Positions 63,020 to 64,000 of a DNA stretch of 64,000 nt are shown piece after piece. The notes under the pieces are model-generated. The model searched no databases, was not told the DNA's origin, and saw only the letters and a list, made by a program, of their open reading frames with translations. The position numbers and the translations under genes are program-made. Source of the DNA: Selaginella moellendorffii (taxonomy: Eukaryota; Plantae; Lycopodiophyta); NCBI RefSeq assembly GCF_000143415.4, contig NW_003314278.1, forward strand, positions 1,872,362-1,936,361. The letters are read 5' to 3'. Position 1 is the first letter of the stretch; each line of letters begins with the position of its first letter.

Positions 63020-64000
63020 ATGGCAAGGGCAGGACGTAAGCGAACCCAGGTAGAGACGGAACCTCCTCCAGAGCTGGAGCCTCCGGTCGAACAAGAGGCT
63101 ATGGATGAGGAATCGTTGCATGAGGAGGACTCCAGTGAGGCAACTTCCAAACAGGAGTCCGGTGGTGAGGTTCGGTCGTCCAAGGCTCGATTGGACGTTC
63201 TAGAAGGACAATTGGCACAGACCAATGCCCTGCTAGAGACTCTCGTACGCAAGCTAAAGCGTGACGAGAAGCGGAAGAAAAAGCGAAAGACTGCGGATGC
63301 TGGCAGCGCAGAAGGTGTGGACCCTTCGGCAGGGACTGAGGCAAAACCGGACAAGGTCGAACAGACCGAAGTGGAATTAGTCCCTCAGGCAGTTCCCAAG
63401 TACAAACCGAAGCCCCCACCGGTCTTCAAGGGAGTGAACGATTATAAGGTGGTGGAGGATTGGTTTTACGATATGGAGGACTACTTCTGAGCGTTGCAAT
63501 TACCGAGCTCGGAGAAGGTCCCATGTGCAAAACCATACTTGGCAGATAATGCCAAGTTTTGGTGGAGAACAACAGAGGCCAACGAAGGACCGGTGGCCAC
63601 TTGGGAAATGATGAAGGCGAGGATCCGCGCAACTTACGTTCCTCCGAATGCTACTCTGCACCTAAGGGACGAGCTGAGTAGGCTGAAGCAGACCGGAACC
63701 ATTCAGGAGTATGTGAATGGGTTTATGGCAAAGAGGATACTTGTCACGGACATGGGGGATATGGATGCGTTCCATGCCTTCATATCAGGTTTGCAAACCT
63801 GGGCTCGCGGCGAAGTAATGCGGTGGAACCCGACCAACTACAAGCGTTGGATGCAGCCATCAAGGTGCATTTCAACGATAACTTGCGAAAGGGGAACACG
63901 ATGGGGTCGGGATCCATGTTTAGCAAAGGGGCCAAACCAAGGGGAACGTTTAGCAAAGGGAAATTCAAGAGGAGTTTCTCTAAGAATGAATCCTCGGGGT
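63020..64000 (+). pseudogene. gag: Family B gag with an in-frame stop at 63488-63490 and a probable later frameshift
   Basis: MARAGRKR...KPKPPPVFKG...VEDWFYDMEDYF* continues in frame as ...AKFWWR...LRDELSRLKQTGTIQEYVNGF (Retrotrans_gag). Confidence 0.88.

Larger units (their letters stand above)
61810..64000 (+). mobile_element. Young family B Ty3/gypsy element: 5' LTR, PBS and gag, continuing beyond the window
   Basis: LTR 61810-62960 TGTAAG...CTTACA; PBS TGGTATCGGAGC 62964-62975; CpG-rich and little eroded. Confidence 0.95.

Overview
Repeat-dense plant genomic DNA with five N-gaps. The PLS-class PPR style and ~50-60 bp introns suggest a lycophyte such as Selaginella (inference). No clearly intact host gene is visible. 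Most of the window is nested Ty3/gypsy-type LTR retrotransposons in at least four LTR families, labelled A-D here. Family A is a non-coding, LARD-like element with two full-length TSD-flanked copies (20313-27457, 36793-45799) and several solo or partial LTRs. Family B is a chromovirus-type family with a young copy starting at 61810. Also present are a degenerate SWIM-type Mutator-like transposase, a PIF/Harbinger remnant with a cyclophilin fragment between its ORFs, three PPR pseudogenes, RRA-type glycosyltransferase and methylesterase exon fragments, and a bulb-type lectin ORF. The best leads are: (1) two 5S rRNA-bearing Cassandra-like LTRs, both inside family A LTRs; (2) an intron-containing gene with a ParB/Srx-like motif lying divergent to the MULE transposase; (3) a GAAA-tetraloop hairpin plus G-tract module shared by three otherwise dissimilar LTR families; (4) a TSD-flanked LTR+PBS insertion. 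All calls were made by eye, without database searches.
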